Shown here one piece after another: positions 8,841 through 17,970 of a stretch of 64,000 nucleotides of DNA. A program made the position numbers and the translations under genes. How positions within the stretch are numbered: position 1 is the first letter of the stretch; every line of letters starts with the position of its first letter. The notes below the pieces were generated by a model. The model had not been told where the DNA came from and searched no databases. It saw nothing but the letters and a program-made list of their open reading frames with translations. The DNA lies in the sequence record MG655269.1. The stretch is one strand, 5' to 3'.

Positions 8841-8873
8841 AGAAAATCTCAGACCTATATGACTGGGGTGATA
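8841..8873 (+). promoter_or_regulatory. Putative early promoter AGAAAATCTCAGACCTATAT-N8-TGATA
   Basis: 19 of 20 positions identical to the 8235 copy, with the same N8-TGATA spacing. Confidence 0.75.
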
Positions 8874-8931
8874 AAGAGTAGTGAATACTCTTAACCCCTA
8901 ACCCAATTAACCTTAAGTATGGAGTAGTATC

Positions 8932-9222
8932 ATGACTGTAACTTTCTCTCAGCAAATGCAGGTTGTCGAATCTATCGCTGTGATGCAGGAAAAAGCAATG
9001 GAACTGCAAGTTGCTACCAAAGCGTGTTACGACGAAGTCACCCGACTGGCCAACCGACTGGCTGACATCAACGATCCACTCGGCTTTCAGAAAGCCTATG
9101 AAGAATATCGTGCCAAGCTGGCAGAAGCGGATGTATTAGCCGATGCTACTCGCCTGGCTTACAACATGTCAGACGCTGCACTGAAAACCATCCTGGGTGA
9201 AGCTAACCCAACCTTTCATTAA
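8932..9222 (+). CDS. Small coiled-coil hypothetical protein (putative early gene)
   Basis: SD GGAG; helical A/E/K/Q-rich sequence. Confidence 0.7.
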   Translation: MTVTFSQQMQVVESIAVMQEKAMELQVATKACYDEVTRLANRLADINDPLGFQKAYEEYRAKLAEADVLADATRLAYNMSDAALKTILGEANPTFH

Positions 9223-9261
9223 TAGTTAATTACTCATCGTCATTACGCCTCGGAGAAACTC

Positions 9262-9471
9262 ATGAGCGATTTTATTAGCAACCTGTTCGAAATCGCTATT
9301 GCAGTTTCTTCTGTAGTGGCGATGGTTAAATTGATTAAATCTGATAATGCCTATATTGCAGAAACAGTTCGTATCATCGATGCCTGCGCTTCTTTACAGG
9401 AAGGGCAAGTAATTCAGGGCGAAGTGGTTAACACCAAAGCCCACACAACCAACTTATACATCACCCATTAA
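9262..9471 (+). CDS. Small membrane-associated hypothetical protein
   Basis: SD GGAG; hydrophobic N-terminal segment LFEIAIAVSSVVAMVKLI. Confidence 0.6.
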   Translation: MSDFISNLFEIAIAVSSVVAMVKLIKSDNAYIAETVRIIDACASLQEGQVIQGEVVNTKAHTTNLYITH

Positions 9472-9493
9472 TCTACTTGTAAGGAATACACCT

Positions 9494-9955
9494 ATGTCAA
9501 ACTCTATGTTCATCTGCCTGTCACTGTTAGCGGTTATCTCTGTCTCTGGTGGTATCGCCTTTGCCAAGAGCCTGTCACCGACCCATGCCATGATGACCGC
9601 CTTTGCTTACTTACGTGAGCAACTCGGTGATGACGCAGCACAGTACGAATACGATAAACGCTCACACCTTCTTTGCATGACAAACCTGGTGGAAACTAAC
9701 TATGCCCTGGTCTGCGGTAAGCACTTTGAACGCGCAGAACAAAAACGTGCATGGTTAGTTAAGGAAGCAGAAGAGATCCAGCTCACCCCGCGTCAACAAC
9801 TGATGCTGCTGGACTCCTTACTGAACCTGAACACCCGTCCTGAACAAGCAAAGAAAATTGTTAAAGTACGTTCAACCAAAGAGATCGTTGACTTGGCTGC
9901 GCAGTATGCGAGCGACAACCGTCGTATCGAAGCTCCGCTGGCCTTGTTCCGCTAA
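9494..9955 (+). CDS. Hypothetical protein with N-terminal signal or TM segment
   Basis: SD AAGGA; FICLSLLAVISVSGGIAFA hydrophobic leader. Confidence 0.7.
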   Translation: MSNSMFICLSLLAVISVSGGIAFAKSLSPTHAMMTAFAYLREQLGDDAAQYEYDKRSHLLCMTNLVETNYALVCGKHFERAEQKRAWLVKEAEEIQLTPRQQLMLLDSLLNLNTRPEQAKKIVKVRSTKEIVDLAAQYASDNRRIEAPLALFR

Positions 9956-9989
9956 TGTAAGCTGTAGTGTATTGGTCACCTCATGACCG

Positions 9990-10024
9990 GAGCTCACCCT
10001 AACCGGTGGGCTCTTTTTTTTTTT
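9990..10024 (+). terminator. Intrinsic terminator GAGCTCACC-loop-GGTGGGCTC with T-tract
   Basis: 9-bp stem followed by a long T run. Confidence 0.88.
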
Positions 10025-10081
10025 GTCTTCTTTTTTTTTGTTCGGGGATTATATGTAGTCCATATTAGCTAAGAGGACATT

Positions 10082-10486
10082 ATGGCAGAGCGTGTAGTTC
10101 CAACCATGTCCGTAACCGGGTACGTAACCGGCGTGACTGAAACCATTGACCGGATGTTTGCCTACTGGCTGACCGCACAATACTCTCAAACGTATCTTGC
10201 TCGCGGTAACATTCACTCCCTTCAATATTTGATCCAGCAGTATGACGGTAACCCAGAACGTCTGTGTGATGCGGTGGTGAAAGACCTCAAGAACTATTTT
10301 ACGGGTCCGTTTGATGCCGCCACGGTTACCTGTAATCCACGTTATGCGACCAGTGAGCGTGATGAGAAGTTCTATATGCTGGAGATCGATATCAAAGTCT
10401 CTAATGGCGATATCGGTTATGATGTTGGTCGCCGTCTGCTAGAGATTGAAGACGGTATCTTTAAACGCATTGTAGGTACTCTGTAA
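10082..10486 (+). CDS. Conserved jumbo-phage protein, possibly gp25-like baseplate/virion protein
   Basis: VPTMS..GYV....SQ...GNIHSLQ pattern recalled from phiKZ-like core genes; SD GAGG. Confidence 0.5.
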   Translation: MAERVVPTMSVTGYVTGVTETIDRMFAYWLTAQYSQTYLARGNIHSLQYLIQQYDGNPERLCDAVVKDLKNYFTGPFDAATVTCNPRYATSERDEKFYMLEIDIKVSNGDIGYDVGRRLLEIEDGIFKRIVGTL

Positions 10487-11088
10487 TGGCACAAACCGAA
10501 CACGATAAAATGATGCACCAGCGGGCAGGGTCGATTGAGCGTCGACTGGCACAGGCCGCCCAGCATGAACGTAATCCCCAAATCCAGGAAGCGGAGTTCA
10601 CACGGGTATTCCTGCCGATGTTTGTTGGCGGGGGCGAATACATTAATCAGGATGCTTGGGTAGCGGTTGCCGGTTCTGTTAATAATGAAGTCGATGTCTT
10701 CCGCGGGCAAGAGTATCTTTATACCCTGCCAGCCTTAGCCATCCCGATTCGCTCTGAGATCTCCAGTCGTAGCCAGAATGGTCGCATGGGTGATAACTGG
10801 ATGGGCACAGGCTTAAACGCCGCAGACGATCCAGGCTCAATTGAGAGCGTGATGTCGATCGATGCCAAGGGCAAACAGGTTGCGTTAGCCAGTACTGCTG
10901 AGGAGCACATGGCACGCTGGGATGAGGTGTTCAAACGTTACGGGCTGGACTACCGCGTAATCCGTGCTGACCTCCATGAACGTAAAACAGGTCAGAAAGT
11001 TAATCCCAACATTATCGATCAATCAGATAAGGCATTAGCGACTAAACAGGTTGAGCTCGATGACAACGGTGATTACGAAGACTACTAA
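10486..11088 (+). CDS. Conserved jumbo-phage hypothetical protein
   Basis: Coupled TAATG overlap; E..F...FLPMF and W..VAGS..NEVDV motifs. Confidence 0.7.
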   Translation: MAQTEHDKMMHQRAGSIERRLAQAAQHERNPQIQEAEFTRVFLPMFVGGGEYINQDAWVAVAGSVNNEVDVFRGQEYLYTLPALAIPIRSEISSRSQNGRMGDNWMGTGLNAADDPGSIESVMSIDAKGKQVALASTAEEHMARWDEVFKRYGLDYRVIRADLHERKTGQKVNPNIIDQSDKALATKQVELDDNGDYEDY

Positions 11089-12205
11089 AAAACCTGGCAT
11101 GGTACGGATTATTCAGACAGGCGATATTCACCTCTGTCATAAGCGCACCCCAACGGCGAACATTATCCGTACACTGAACTATATCTTTTATGAAAACGAA
11201 TCCTTGGCTGAAACTGACCTTATCATCCTTGCCGGGGATGTCTGGGATACTTTGGTAACCATGCCTAATGACGATGCATTATTAGCTCGTCAATGGATTC
11301 GTAAGTTTGTCGAAGATTGCGCATACCACAATGTGATCTTAGATGTGTTAGAAGGCACTCCTGATCATGATTGGGAGCAGTCTTCTGAATTCACCCTCTT
11401 TGAAACCAATTGTGAAGTGCGCTACATCAAAACCCTGCAGATTGTCCGTCATGAGCACTTGGATTTAAATATCCTTTATGTGCCCGATGAATGGCGCCCA
11501 ACCATCGAAGCGATCTGGGAAGATGTGTGTGTGGCGATGACTGGAGCTGGACTGGATAAGGTGGATGTCGCAGTGGTGCACGGGGGATTTGATTTTAACT
11601 TCCCGCCGGAGTACAACATCAAAGGCCACAGCGCTGAGCGCTTTAGTAGCATTGTCAAACATGCGGTGTTTGCTAACCACATCCACAAAGCCCAAAGCTT
11701 TATGAAAGTGCACGGTCCAGGTTCACCGGATCGATTAGCACAGGGTGAGGAAGGGGACAAAGGTTACCATCGGGTGGTGATTGATCAGAAGACCGATCAG
11801 ATGCGCATCCAGTGGATTAAGAACCCACATGCCTGGACCCATATCGCACTCAACGTTGCGGGTATGTCAGTTGAGGAGATCGTCGCCAAAGCCAAAGCGA
11901 TCGCAGCACCACTAAGAGCCGGCAGTTATCTGCGTTTTGATAACGGTGATCCCTTAGTGGTGAAAGCGGTACTGTGGGCATTGAAAGCAGAAATCCCGCA
12001 TGTGATCTTGGAATACAAAAACAAGAAGCAAGCAGGGATCACGCAAACGCACCAAACTTATGCCAAGAAGTTTTCTGGCACCCACATTAACCGCAACAAT
12101 GCCAAAGAGTCGATCGTCGGCTGGTTGCAGGGTAAGGGGTTAACGGACGACTCACAGGGTCAGTATTTAAGTGATATCTTACAGCGCGCCATGGCGCTGA
12201 AGTAG
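11060..12205 (+). CDS. sbcD: SbcD/Mre11-like metallophosphoesterase nuclease
   Basis: GDIH, GDVWD, GTPDHD, VHG and NHIH motifs; start at 11060 or 11099. Confidence 0.88.
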   Translation: MTTVITKTTKKPGMVRIIQTGDIHLCHKRTPTANIIRTLNYIFYENESLAETDLIILAGDVWDTLVTMPNDDALLARQWIRKFVEDCAYHNVILDVLEGTPDHDWEQSSEFTLFETNCEVRYIKTLQIVRHEHLDLNILYVPDEWRPTIEAIWEDVCVAMTGAGLDKVDVAVVHGGFDFNFPPEYNIKGHSAERFSSIVKHAVFANHIHKAQSFMKVHGPGSPDRLAQGEEGDKGYHRVVIDQKTDQMRIQWIKNPHAWTHIALNVAGMSVEEIVAKAKAIAAPLRAGSYLRFDNGDPLVVKAVLWALKAEIPHVILEYKNKKQAGITQTHQTYAKKFSGTHINRNNAKESIVGWLQGKGLTDDSQGQYLSDILQRAMALK

Positions 12206-12215
12206 TGAGGGTGTT

Positions 12216-13016
12216 ATGGCTGACAGGACCATGGGGATCTTGCCGATGTCAGTCGGCACCTCCCTTTCATTTGAAGCATTAATGGCAAAACCCATTGAAC
12301 CGATTGAAACCTTGGTGTTGAACATCGGGACCATCTTTCGTAATGTCTATCAGGCGTATGATACCGATGACCGCGATCGCTTAGGGATTGATAAGTTGCA
12401 TGACGATATGATTGCAGACATGTCAGCGATTTATGACATCTTAAAAGACATCGGGAAAGCGGGCGTGCCAGATTACAAACTGTATCACGGGCGTTATGAA
12501 CGGTTAGCTTCCGCCTTTCCACTGGCGAAGATCTGGGAGCCTTCTTCGGATATTCAGAAGACGTACGCACGGCTTGAACGCAACGTCCTGGAGAAGGTGA
12601 TCAAGACAATGCGGGGGTTAGTGCAAGAGGTGGATCACACCTTACCGATTTCCGTAAAGAATACCTATGTGATGACCCATCACATCGTAGACCTGGTTGT
12701 GCCGGCTGGTTACGGTGAAATTACGTTGGTGGAATCCCATACAGGTGCCTTGAAGAAGAAACCGTTATGGCACACCAAACTCACCAACGGGCGTTCGCTT
12801 GAGCGTATTCCGTTTAACCGACTGACCTTGCAGGTGTTCGGTGATAACTCTGTAAACTTCAAAGCCAACAGCTTTAAATACAAAGCGGCACTGATGAAGC
12901 TTGCAGAGGAGAACAAGTGGACACCCATGGCAACCCGTGATCGTATCAAGCTTGGCATTGAAACGTTAAAGGACGCGCAGCTGAAAGCGGACTTGTCAAA
13001 AATGCTCAGTGTATAA
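12216..13016 (+). CDS. Conserved Chimalliviridae core protein (phiKZ gp66-like by position)
   Basis: SD GAGG; lies between SbcD and the ChmC-like gene, as in phiKZ. Confidence 0.65.
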   Translation: MADRTMGILPMSVGTSLSFEALMAKPIEPIETLVLNIGTIFRNVYQAYDTDDRDRLGIDKLHDDMIADMSAIYDILKDIGKAGVPDYKLYHGRYERLASAFPLAKIWEPSSDIQKTYARLERNVLEKVIKTMRGLVQEVDHTLPISVKNTYVMTHHIVDLVVPAGYGEITLVESHTGALKKKPLWHTKLTNGRSLERIPFNRLTLQVFGDNSVNFKANSFKYKAALMKLAEENKWTPMATRDRIKLGIETLKDAQLKADLSKMLSV

Positions 13017-13079
13017 ATCAACATAACTGCTCTAACTTTATAGAGCAGTATAACTAATTAGTCCTAAAAGGAGCAACAC

Positions 13080-13850
13080 ATGGCTGGTCCACAGCGTCAA
13101 TTTAAAGCTCGTGAAAAATCTTACTTGAGCGAGTACTCGATGAACCTTCAGGGCCCGGTGCAAGCTGGCGCTCAGTTCCCTGCTGAATTCCGCATGGCCT
13201 TTGCAGCCAACAAGGTGGCCATTCAGGTTGAAACCAAAAACCGCGATAACAAAAATAACGGTCGCTTTGAAATCGTTGTTCCTTATCTGGGCGCTATCGG
13301 TGTGCTGAATACGATCGACAAGCTTATTCAGGACAAAGCACGCAGTAAGCTGCAATACAAAGTGAAAGACTTCGTTTACTTCGGTAAAGGTAACAAGTCT
13401 GACTCACCAATGATCAAAGGCACCCTGACCGTAGGGCGTGATAACGAAGGTTGTCTCTATATCGGCATGTCCGGTAAAGACATCACCCCAATCAAATTCA
13501 TCTTCGCCCTGCCGGCGCATGATGAACTGTGCGATGACTCAGGTCAGCGTCTGGGTGATGCTGAGCACTCTGAGTTTGCTGCGAAGAACTTCGTGGTTGG
13601 TTACCTGGGCCTGCTGCCAGTGGTAATGGGCATTCACTATACTCCACCTGAGCCGAAGAACCCAGATGGCGGTAATGGCGGTGGCGGTGGTCAAGGTGGT
13701 GGCGGCTGGGGTGGTAACGGTGGCGGAAACCGTGGCGGTGGTAATGGCGGGGGAAACCAGTACAACCAAGGCGGCAATCAGGGCGGCGGGAACGCCTCTG
13801 GTTCTGGTAGCAGCGGCGGTGGTGACTTCGCAGATGACCTGCCTTTCTAA
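13080..13850 (+). CDS. chmC: ChmC-like phage-nucleus-associated RNA/ssDNA-binding protein (phiKZ gp67-like)
   Basis: Folded N-terminal domain with G/N/Q-rich disordered tail ending DFADDLPF; upstream of gp68-like and PicA-like genes, matching known synteny. Confidence 0.7.
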   Translation: MAGPQRQFKAREKSYLSEYSMNLQGPVQAGAQFPAEFRMAFAANKVAIQVETKNRDNKNNGRFEIVVPYLGAIGVLNTIDKLIQDKARSKLQYKVKDFVYFGKGNKSDSPMIKGTLTVGRDNEGCLYIGMSGKDITPIKFIFALPAHDELCDDSGQRLGDAEHSEFAAKNFVVGYLGLLPVVMGIHYTPPEPKNPDGGNGGGGGQGGGGWGGNGGGNRGGGNGGGNQYNQGGNQGGGNASGSGSSGGGDFADDLPF

Positions 13851-13902
13851 ATAGACAGGACGATGAATTCAGCATAAGTCATTGTCTGGGTTCATCCACA
13901 AC

Positions 13903-13933
13903 AGAGGAGGGTGAAAACCCTCCTCTTGTGCCG
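13903..13933 (+). terminator. Hairpin AGAGGAGGGT-GAAA-ACCCTCCTCT followed by TGTGCCG
   Basis: Perfect 10-bp stem with GAAA loop; variant tail. Confidence 0.75.
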
Positions 13934-14251
13934 TCCACGGACTGGGCTATAGCTCACGCTTACTCCCCAGGGTATGGGCGATTTAAACGCCGACATTTCA
14001 GGAAGAATACGCGCAAGCGACCCCCACGGCCATGTAAGAATAAAAGTAAGTTGATGAAGGTGGCTCAGAGTAAGTTGGGTTATGCGATCATGACAGGCAG
14101 GGTAATCAGGCAGGCGGTATGTGATGAGTGTGAGGCGGATGAACGTATCGAACCTTTGCAAGTCAATTATGCTAAGCCGTATATCGTGCTGTGGCTTTGT
14201 CCACGTTGTCATGCTGACTGGTACCTGACAAATGAGCCGGCGTACAGCTGA
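13928..14251 (+). CDS. Small HNH-like Zn-binding protein
   Basis: CDEC...NYAKP..V.WLCPRCH pattern of short phage HNH-like proteins; start uncertain. Confidence 0.5.
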   Translation: MPSTDWAIAHAYSPGYGRFKRRHFRKNTRKRPPRPCKNKSKLMKVAQSKLGYAIMTGRVIRQAVCDECEADERIEPLQVNYAKPYIVLWLCPRCHADWYLTNEPAYS

Positions 14252-14288
14252 GGGTTTCGGCCCTCCTTTATGAGACCAAGAGGTGACA

Positions 14289-14681
14289 ATGTTTGAAGAA
14301 CCGACACATGTTCGTTATGCATTGGTAACCCGCCCTCAACACGACGAGAAAGTTATTTTGACACCCTGTGATAATCTGATCGAAGCGGTACACAAACAAG
14401 ACCGCTACGATTCGATTGCTTCTGTGGTGATCTGTGATGACTTCAAAGCGCAGGCGGTGGATGTCCGGTTACACTTTATCACGGGTCCGGATGACTCGGC
14501 GTACCGTGCAAAGGAAATGTTACTGGCTTCTTTTATACGCCAGAACAATGGTTGGATTCCCCGTCATGTTACGGGCTGTATGATAGACGCTTTTGATGAC
14601 GAGACCCTTACCTTCATCCAAAGCCTACTATCTTTCTTTGATTCACACAGAACCAATTTTGCTCGTTCGCTTGCTTCGTAA
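14289..14681 (+). CDS. Hypothetical protein
   Basis: SD GAGGTG before ATG 14289. Confidence 0.65.
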   Translation: MFEEPTHVRYALVTRPQHDEKVILTPCDNLIEAVHKQDRYDSIASVVICDDFKAQAVDVRLHFITGPDDSAYRAKEMLLASFIRQNNGWIPRHVTGCMIDAFDDETLTFIQSLLSFFDSHRTNFARSLAS

Positions 14682-14689
14682 TTTTTATT

Positions 14690-14725
14690 GCTGGATGCGG
14701 TAAACCCGCTCCAGCCCTTATGCCG
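14690..14725 (+). terminator. Hairpin GCTGGA(T)GCGG-TAAAC-CCGCTCCAGC followed by CCTTATGCCG
   Basis: Bulged 10-bp stem with consensus tail. Confidence 0.7.
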
Positions 14726-14776
14726 CCTGTAATATCGTACATTATTCTACTATCTATTAGAGGAACAAATAATCTT

Positions 14777-14800
14777 AAATATTTACAAGCCTACATTATC
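14777..14800 (+). promoter_or_regulatory. Putative phage promoter (AAGCCTACATTAT)
   Basis: CCTAYATNAY core shared with 8235, 8841, 19931, 31160 and 38830; AT-rich upstream region. Confidence 0.5.
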
Positions 14801-14858
14801 AACATGTCATAGCAGTATGTGATTTAACCTACCGTGTGATCACCGGGAGCAGCCACCA

Positions 14859-16403
14859 ATGATGTTTAAGTACACCACCAAATCGACCTCTGAGAAGGTA
14901 TGGTTAAACACAATCATAGTTGTCAGTCGTCATGGCGAAGAGATTGTGTTTAACGAAAACAACTTCTTCAAGTCGGAAGAGAAGGACCACAAAGGAACCT
15001 TCGACGAACTGAATCTCTATCTCTTGCGTTGCCTGAGTAACGAGCAACGTGACCGGATGTTTGAGTTCTATAAGCAAATCAGCTATATCCTGAAAACGGA
15101 ACTGTCGGTCACGAAGGTCCTTCTGCCAAAGTTGCAGCCTTTGGTTAAAGGGATCTACGACCTGGTTAGCTTAAGCGACCTGAACGTCTTCATGTATGAA
15201 AACAAACTGACGCACATCCCGAACAGCGTACTGGATACCATCCCGTCCTCGAAAGAGTACCCGACGATGACCACGTATGTGAAAGCGGATTACGTCAAGC
15301 TGGTTAACCTGTCGGTATTGTTGCATCTGATGGCGCCGATCATTGCGGACTATGTCAGCAAGGTCAGTGAGTCAACCGGCAAGCAGTTTAAAGAACACGC
15401 CGCCTTACCGTTACTGGAATACACCAACATCATGTATTCTGATGAGATGGTCAAGCTGCGTAACTTCGTGACCGCCAACTGCAGTAAAAAGCCAGTGCCG
15501 TTATCAGCCACCTTAGAAGGGATGTCAGAAGAGTCGTTCCCGGATTGGATGCTGGCTTCGGTCATTGCACGTAAGCTGTGTATCAACCATGTACGGCGTG
15601 GGGATGAAAACGGACACCTGGTTGCTGCGGTGTTTGCGTACATCAACTACAACATCAAACTGGATGGTAAGTTTGGTGGTGGGGTCATGCCAAAGAAAGA
15701 GCGTCGGGGTCTGGGAGAAGATGAGCGCGAGAAAGCGGTCATTGATAACTGGAAGATGAAAGAGGATGTGGACAAGATCGATATCTTAGCCTGTGCTGTT
15801 GGCTTTGATGATCCGGTTGCCGCGGCCAAGTTCATTGAGCCTGACATCGATCCAAACATGGTGATCCGTTGCCTGAATGCGATTCCACAAGCCTGGAACT
15901 TCAGCATGACTCGTCATCAGAGCATTCTGTTGCAGTGGGTAGTGGGTGAGCTTCTGCCGCATATCGGTGATACGTATGTGCCGCCGTTGACAGTTGAGTA
16001 TTACGATTACGATGTCTGCGTGAAGTTGGTCGGGATTGCACAAGCGGTACTGTGGCATCGGGGTTATCCGAAGCTTGCGGTGTTTGCTGCGACTTATCCG
16101 TCTGAAGTGGATGCCGGCGGGATGCCGAATGCCGTGATGCCATTAGAACTGAAAGTGATGGCAGAGCTGGAAGCGTATTACGGTAATGTGCGTCTGGGTA
16201 AACGTCAGGACAGCAGCGATGGCTTGGTGCATAAAACCATCAACACCATGGTTACCTCATTGTTAGAAGATGATTATCAGGTCGTAGGCCCTGATGAATT
16301 GTTAGCGTTATCTGGGGTGGTAGATTTCGAACGTCGAATCGTCATTCCTGAAAGCCTATATTACGATATTGCTGGCTACATTCGTTTCTTAGCCACTCGT
16401 TAA
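14859..16403 (+). CDS. Non-virion RNAP promoter-specificity subunit (phiKZ gp68-like)
   Basis: 514 aa; position two genes before gp70-like and three core genes before nvRNAP beta; size matches gp68. Confidence 0.7.
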   Translation: MMFKYTTKSTSEKVWLNTIIVVSRHGEEIVFNENNFFKSEEKDHKGTFDELNLYLLRCLSNEQRDRMFEFYKQISYILKTELSVTKVLLPKLQPLVKGIYDLVSLSDLNVFMYENKLTHIPNSVLDTIPSSKEYPTMTTYVKADYVKLVNLSVLLHLMAPIIADYVSKVSESTGKQFKEHAALPLLEYTNIMYSDEMVKLRNFVTANCSKKPVPLSATLEGMSEESFPDWMLASVIARKLCINHVRRGDENGHLVAAVFAYINYNIKLDGKFGGGVMPKKERRGLGEDEREKAVIDNWKMKEDVDKIDILACAVGFDDPVAAAKFIEPDIDPNMVIRCLNAIPQAWNFSMTRHQSILLQWVVGELLPHIGDTYVPPLTVEYYDYDVCVKLVGIAQAVLWHRGYPKLAVFAATYPSEVDAGGMPNAVMPLELKVMAELEAYYGNVRLGKRQDSSDGLVHKTINTMVTSLLEDDYQVVGPDELLALSGVVDFERRIVIPESLYYDIAGYIRFLATR

Positions 16404-16438
16404 CTTAATTTAATCTACACCGTTAGGAGTCACCCAAG

Positions 16439-17956
16439 ATGTTACCTACCCAAAACATTCAGTTCGAAGGCTATGTTGAGAAAGCTGCTATTTGCCGTAC
16501 ACCAGCTTATCAGGACATGTACCGTCGACCGTACAGCATGAATATCAGTCAGGACACCGCATCCGTTATTGGTAACATGAGTGCCGGTGTGGATTATTCT
16601 CGTGAGCGTTTAGCGCCGATTGCCGCATCGGTCATTGCGCCACAGACTTACGTTGAATCGGTTTGTAACGTACCAGAAGGCTGGGGTTCTGAGCGTTGTC
16701 TCTTCATCCTGAAGATCGTTCACGGTCGTCCGGGTGACCAGGGTCTGAACAAACGTGTGCAGTATCTGACCGGCTATACCAGTCACATGGGCATGATGCC
16801 AAGTCAGATGCGTGCGAATGATGTTATCGTTGATGACAACATGCGTCTGTTCTTTAACACCAGTATGCTGTTTAACGAAACCAGCCATATCGATGGCTAT
16901 GGCCGTAAGCTCGTCACTGCCATGCCGTTGATGGCAAGTCAGTTGGTAATGGGTCAGCACGGCGGGGTACACGGCCATAACGATCGTACGTTGCGTCCTG
17001 AAGATGTTTACTCAGCAATCAATGTCGGGCAGCTGATTCAGCAGAACAACCAGTATGATCAAAGCCGCGGTACCAATGGTCCGATTGGTCAGCTGTATGA
17101 TGGTCGTACTGCTTTCCAACCTGGTCAGCCGTATAAGCTTTCTCAGCTGAATAACCTGGTGCCTTCAAACTACCTCAGTAAAGTGCTGACCGGTGCAGCC
17201 ACCGAACAGCTGACCTTAGGTGGTCAACGTGCAAACCCAGCGGATACCAGCAATCAGATCGCAACTGGCCTGAACGAAGGTTATCTGTCTAACGACCTGA
17301 CCCTGCAACATATCCTGGATCGCACCGGTCTGCGTGAAAACTGCTCAATCACATTTGGTGAATTGCGTCGTATTCTGCCGAACATTGATGCACCGGGTAT
17401 TTTGACCAAAGCGGGTATGGAAGGTGTCGGTACTGGTCAGGTTGCCGGTGCGGTAGGTGGTGCTGGCTCTGAACATCATCAGGGTTCGAACTACGAAACC
17501 GTGATTGCCAACATGCTAAACAATGTGACCACTGCACTGATGATGGATCTGATGATCGGTGAGATTCATTGTAATGGCGGTAACATGACCGTAGCCGATG
17601 TGGCGACTGGTACAATGAGTGGTCAGTTCCTGTTGAACACGCCGTACGCAACTTCCTTCGTGGATGGTCGTGATGCGGTGGCGTTGTGTGAATCGTTTAA
17701 GCTGCGTCTGGTGCGTGAGTTCCTGTCAAGCTTTACCGGCCACAACCACGTGCCAATCGGTTTTGCAATCCATGCAAGTCTGATGGCCGAAACGGTTATT
17801 GATGTCTCTTACAATAACCAACCGAAGATTCGTTTCGTGTTCCCGGTCTTTGCGAACGCGTCATATACCCCGATTATCACTGGCGATCAGAACACTCTGA
17901 ACTCCATTGCCGTACACACACGTGAACTGGTCCAGCAGCTGACCAACGTCTTTTAA
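16439..17956 (+). CDS. picA: Phage nucleus protein-import factor (PicA/Imp1, phiKZ gp69-like)
   Basis: 505 aa; YRRPY, GW.SER..F.L and LRPEDV motifs; immediately after the gp68-like gene. Confidence 0.7.
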   Translation: MLPTQNIQFEGYVEKAAICRTPAYQDMYRRPYSMNISQDTASVIGNMSAGVDYSRERLAPIAASVIAPQTYVESVCNVPEGWGSERCLFILKIVHGRPGDQGLNKRVQYLTGYTSHMGMMPSQMRANDVIVDDNMRLFFNTSMLFNETSHIDGYGRKLVTAMPLMASQLVMGQHGGVHGHNDRTLRPEDVYSAINVGQLIQQNNQYDQSRGTNGPIGQLYDGRTAFQPGQPYKLSQLNNLVPSNYLSKVLTGAATEQLTLGGQRANPADTSNQIATGLNEGYLSNDLTLQHILDRTGLRENCSITFGELRRILPNIDAPGILTKAGMEGVGTGQVAGAVGGAGSEHHQGSNYETVIANMLNNVTTALMMDLMIGEIHCNGGNMTVADVATGTMSGQFLLNTPYATSFVDGRDAVALCESFKLRLVREFLSSFTGHNHVPIGFAIHASLMAETVIDVSYNNQPKIRFVFPVFANASYTPIITGDQNTLNSIAVHTRELVQQLTNVF

Positions 17957-17970
17957 GGAAAAGATAAACC

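Noticed and set aside
13660-13830. GGT/GGC-rich repetitive DNA resembling a short repeat array
   Set aside because: Simply encodes the Gly-rich linker of the ChmC-like protein; no constant repeat-spacer structure, so not a CRISPR array.
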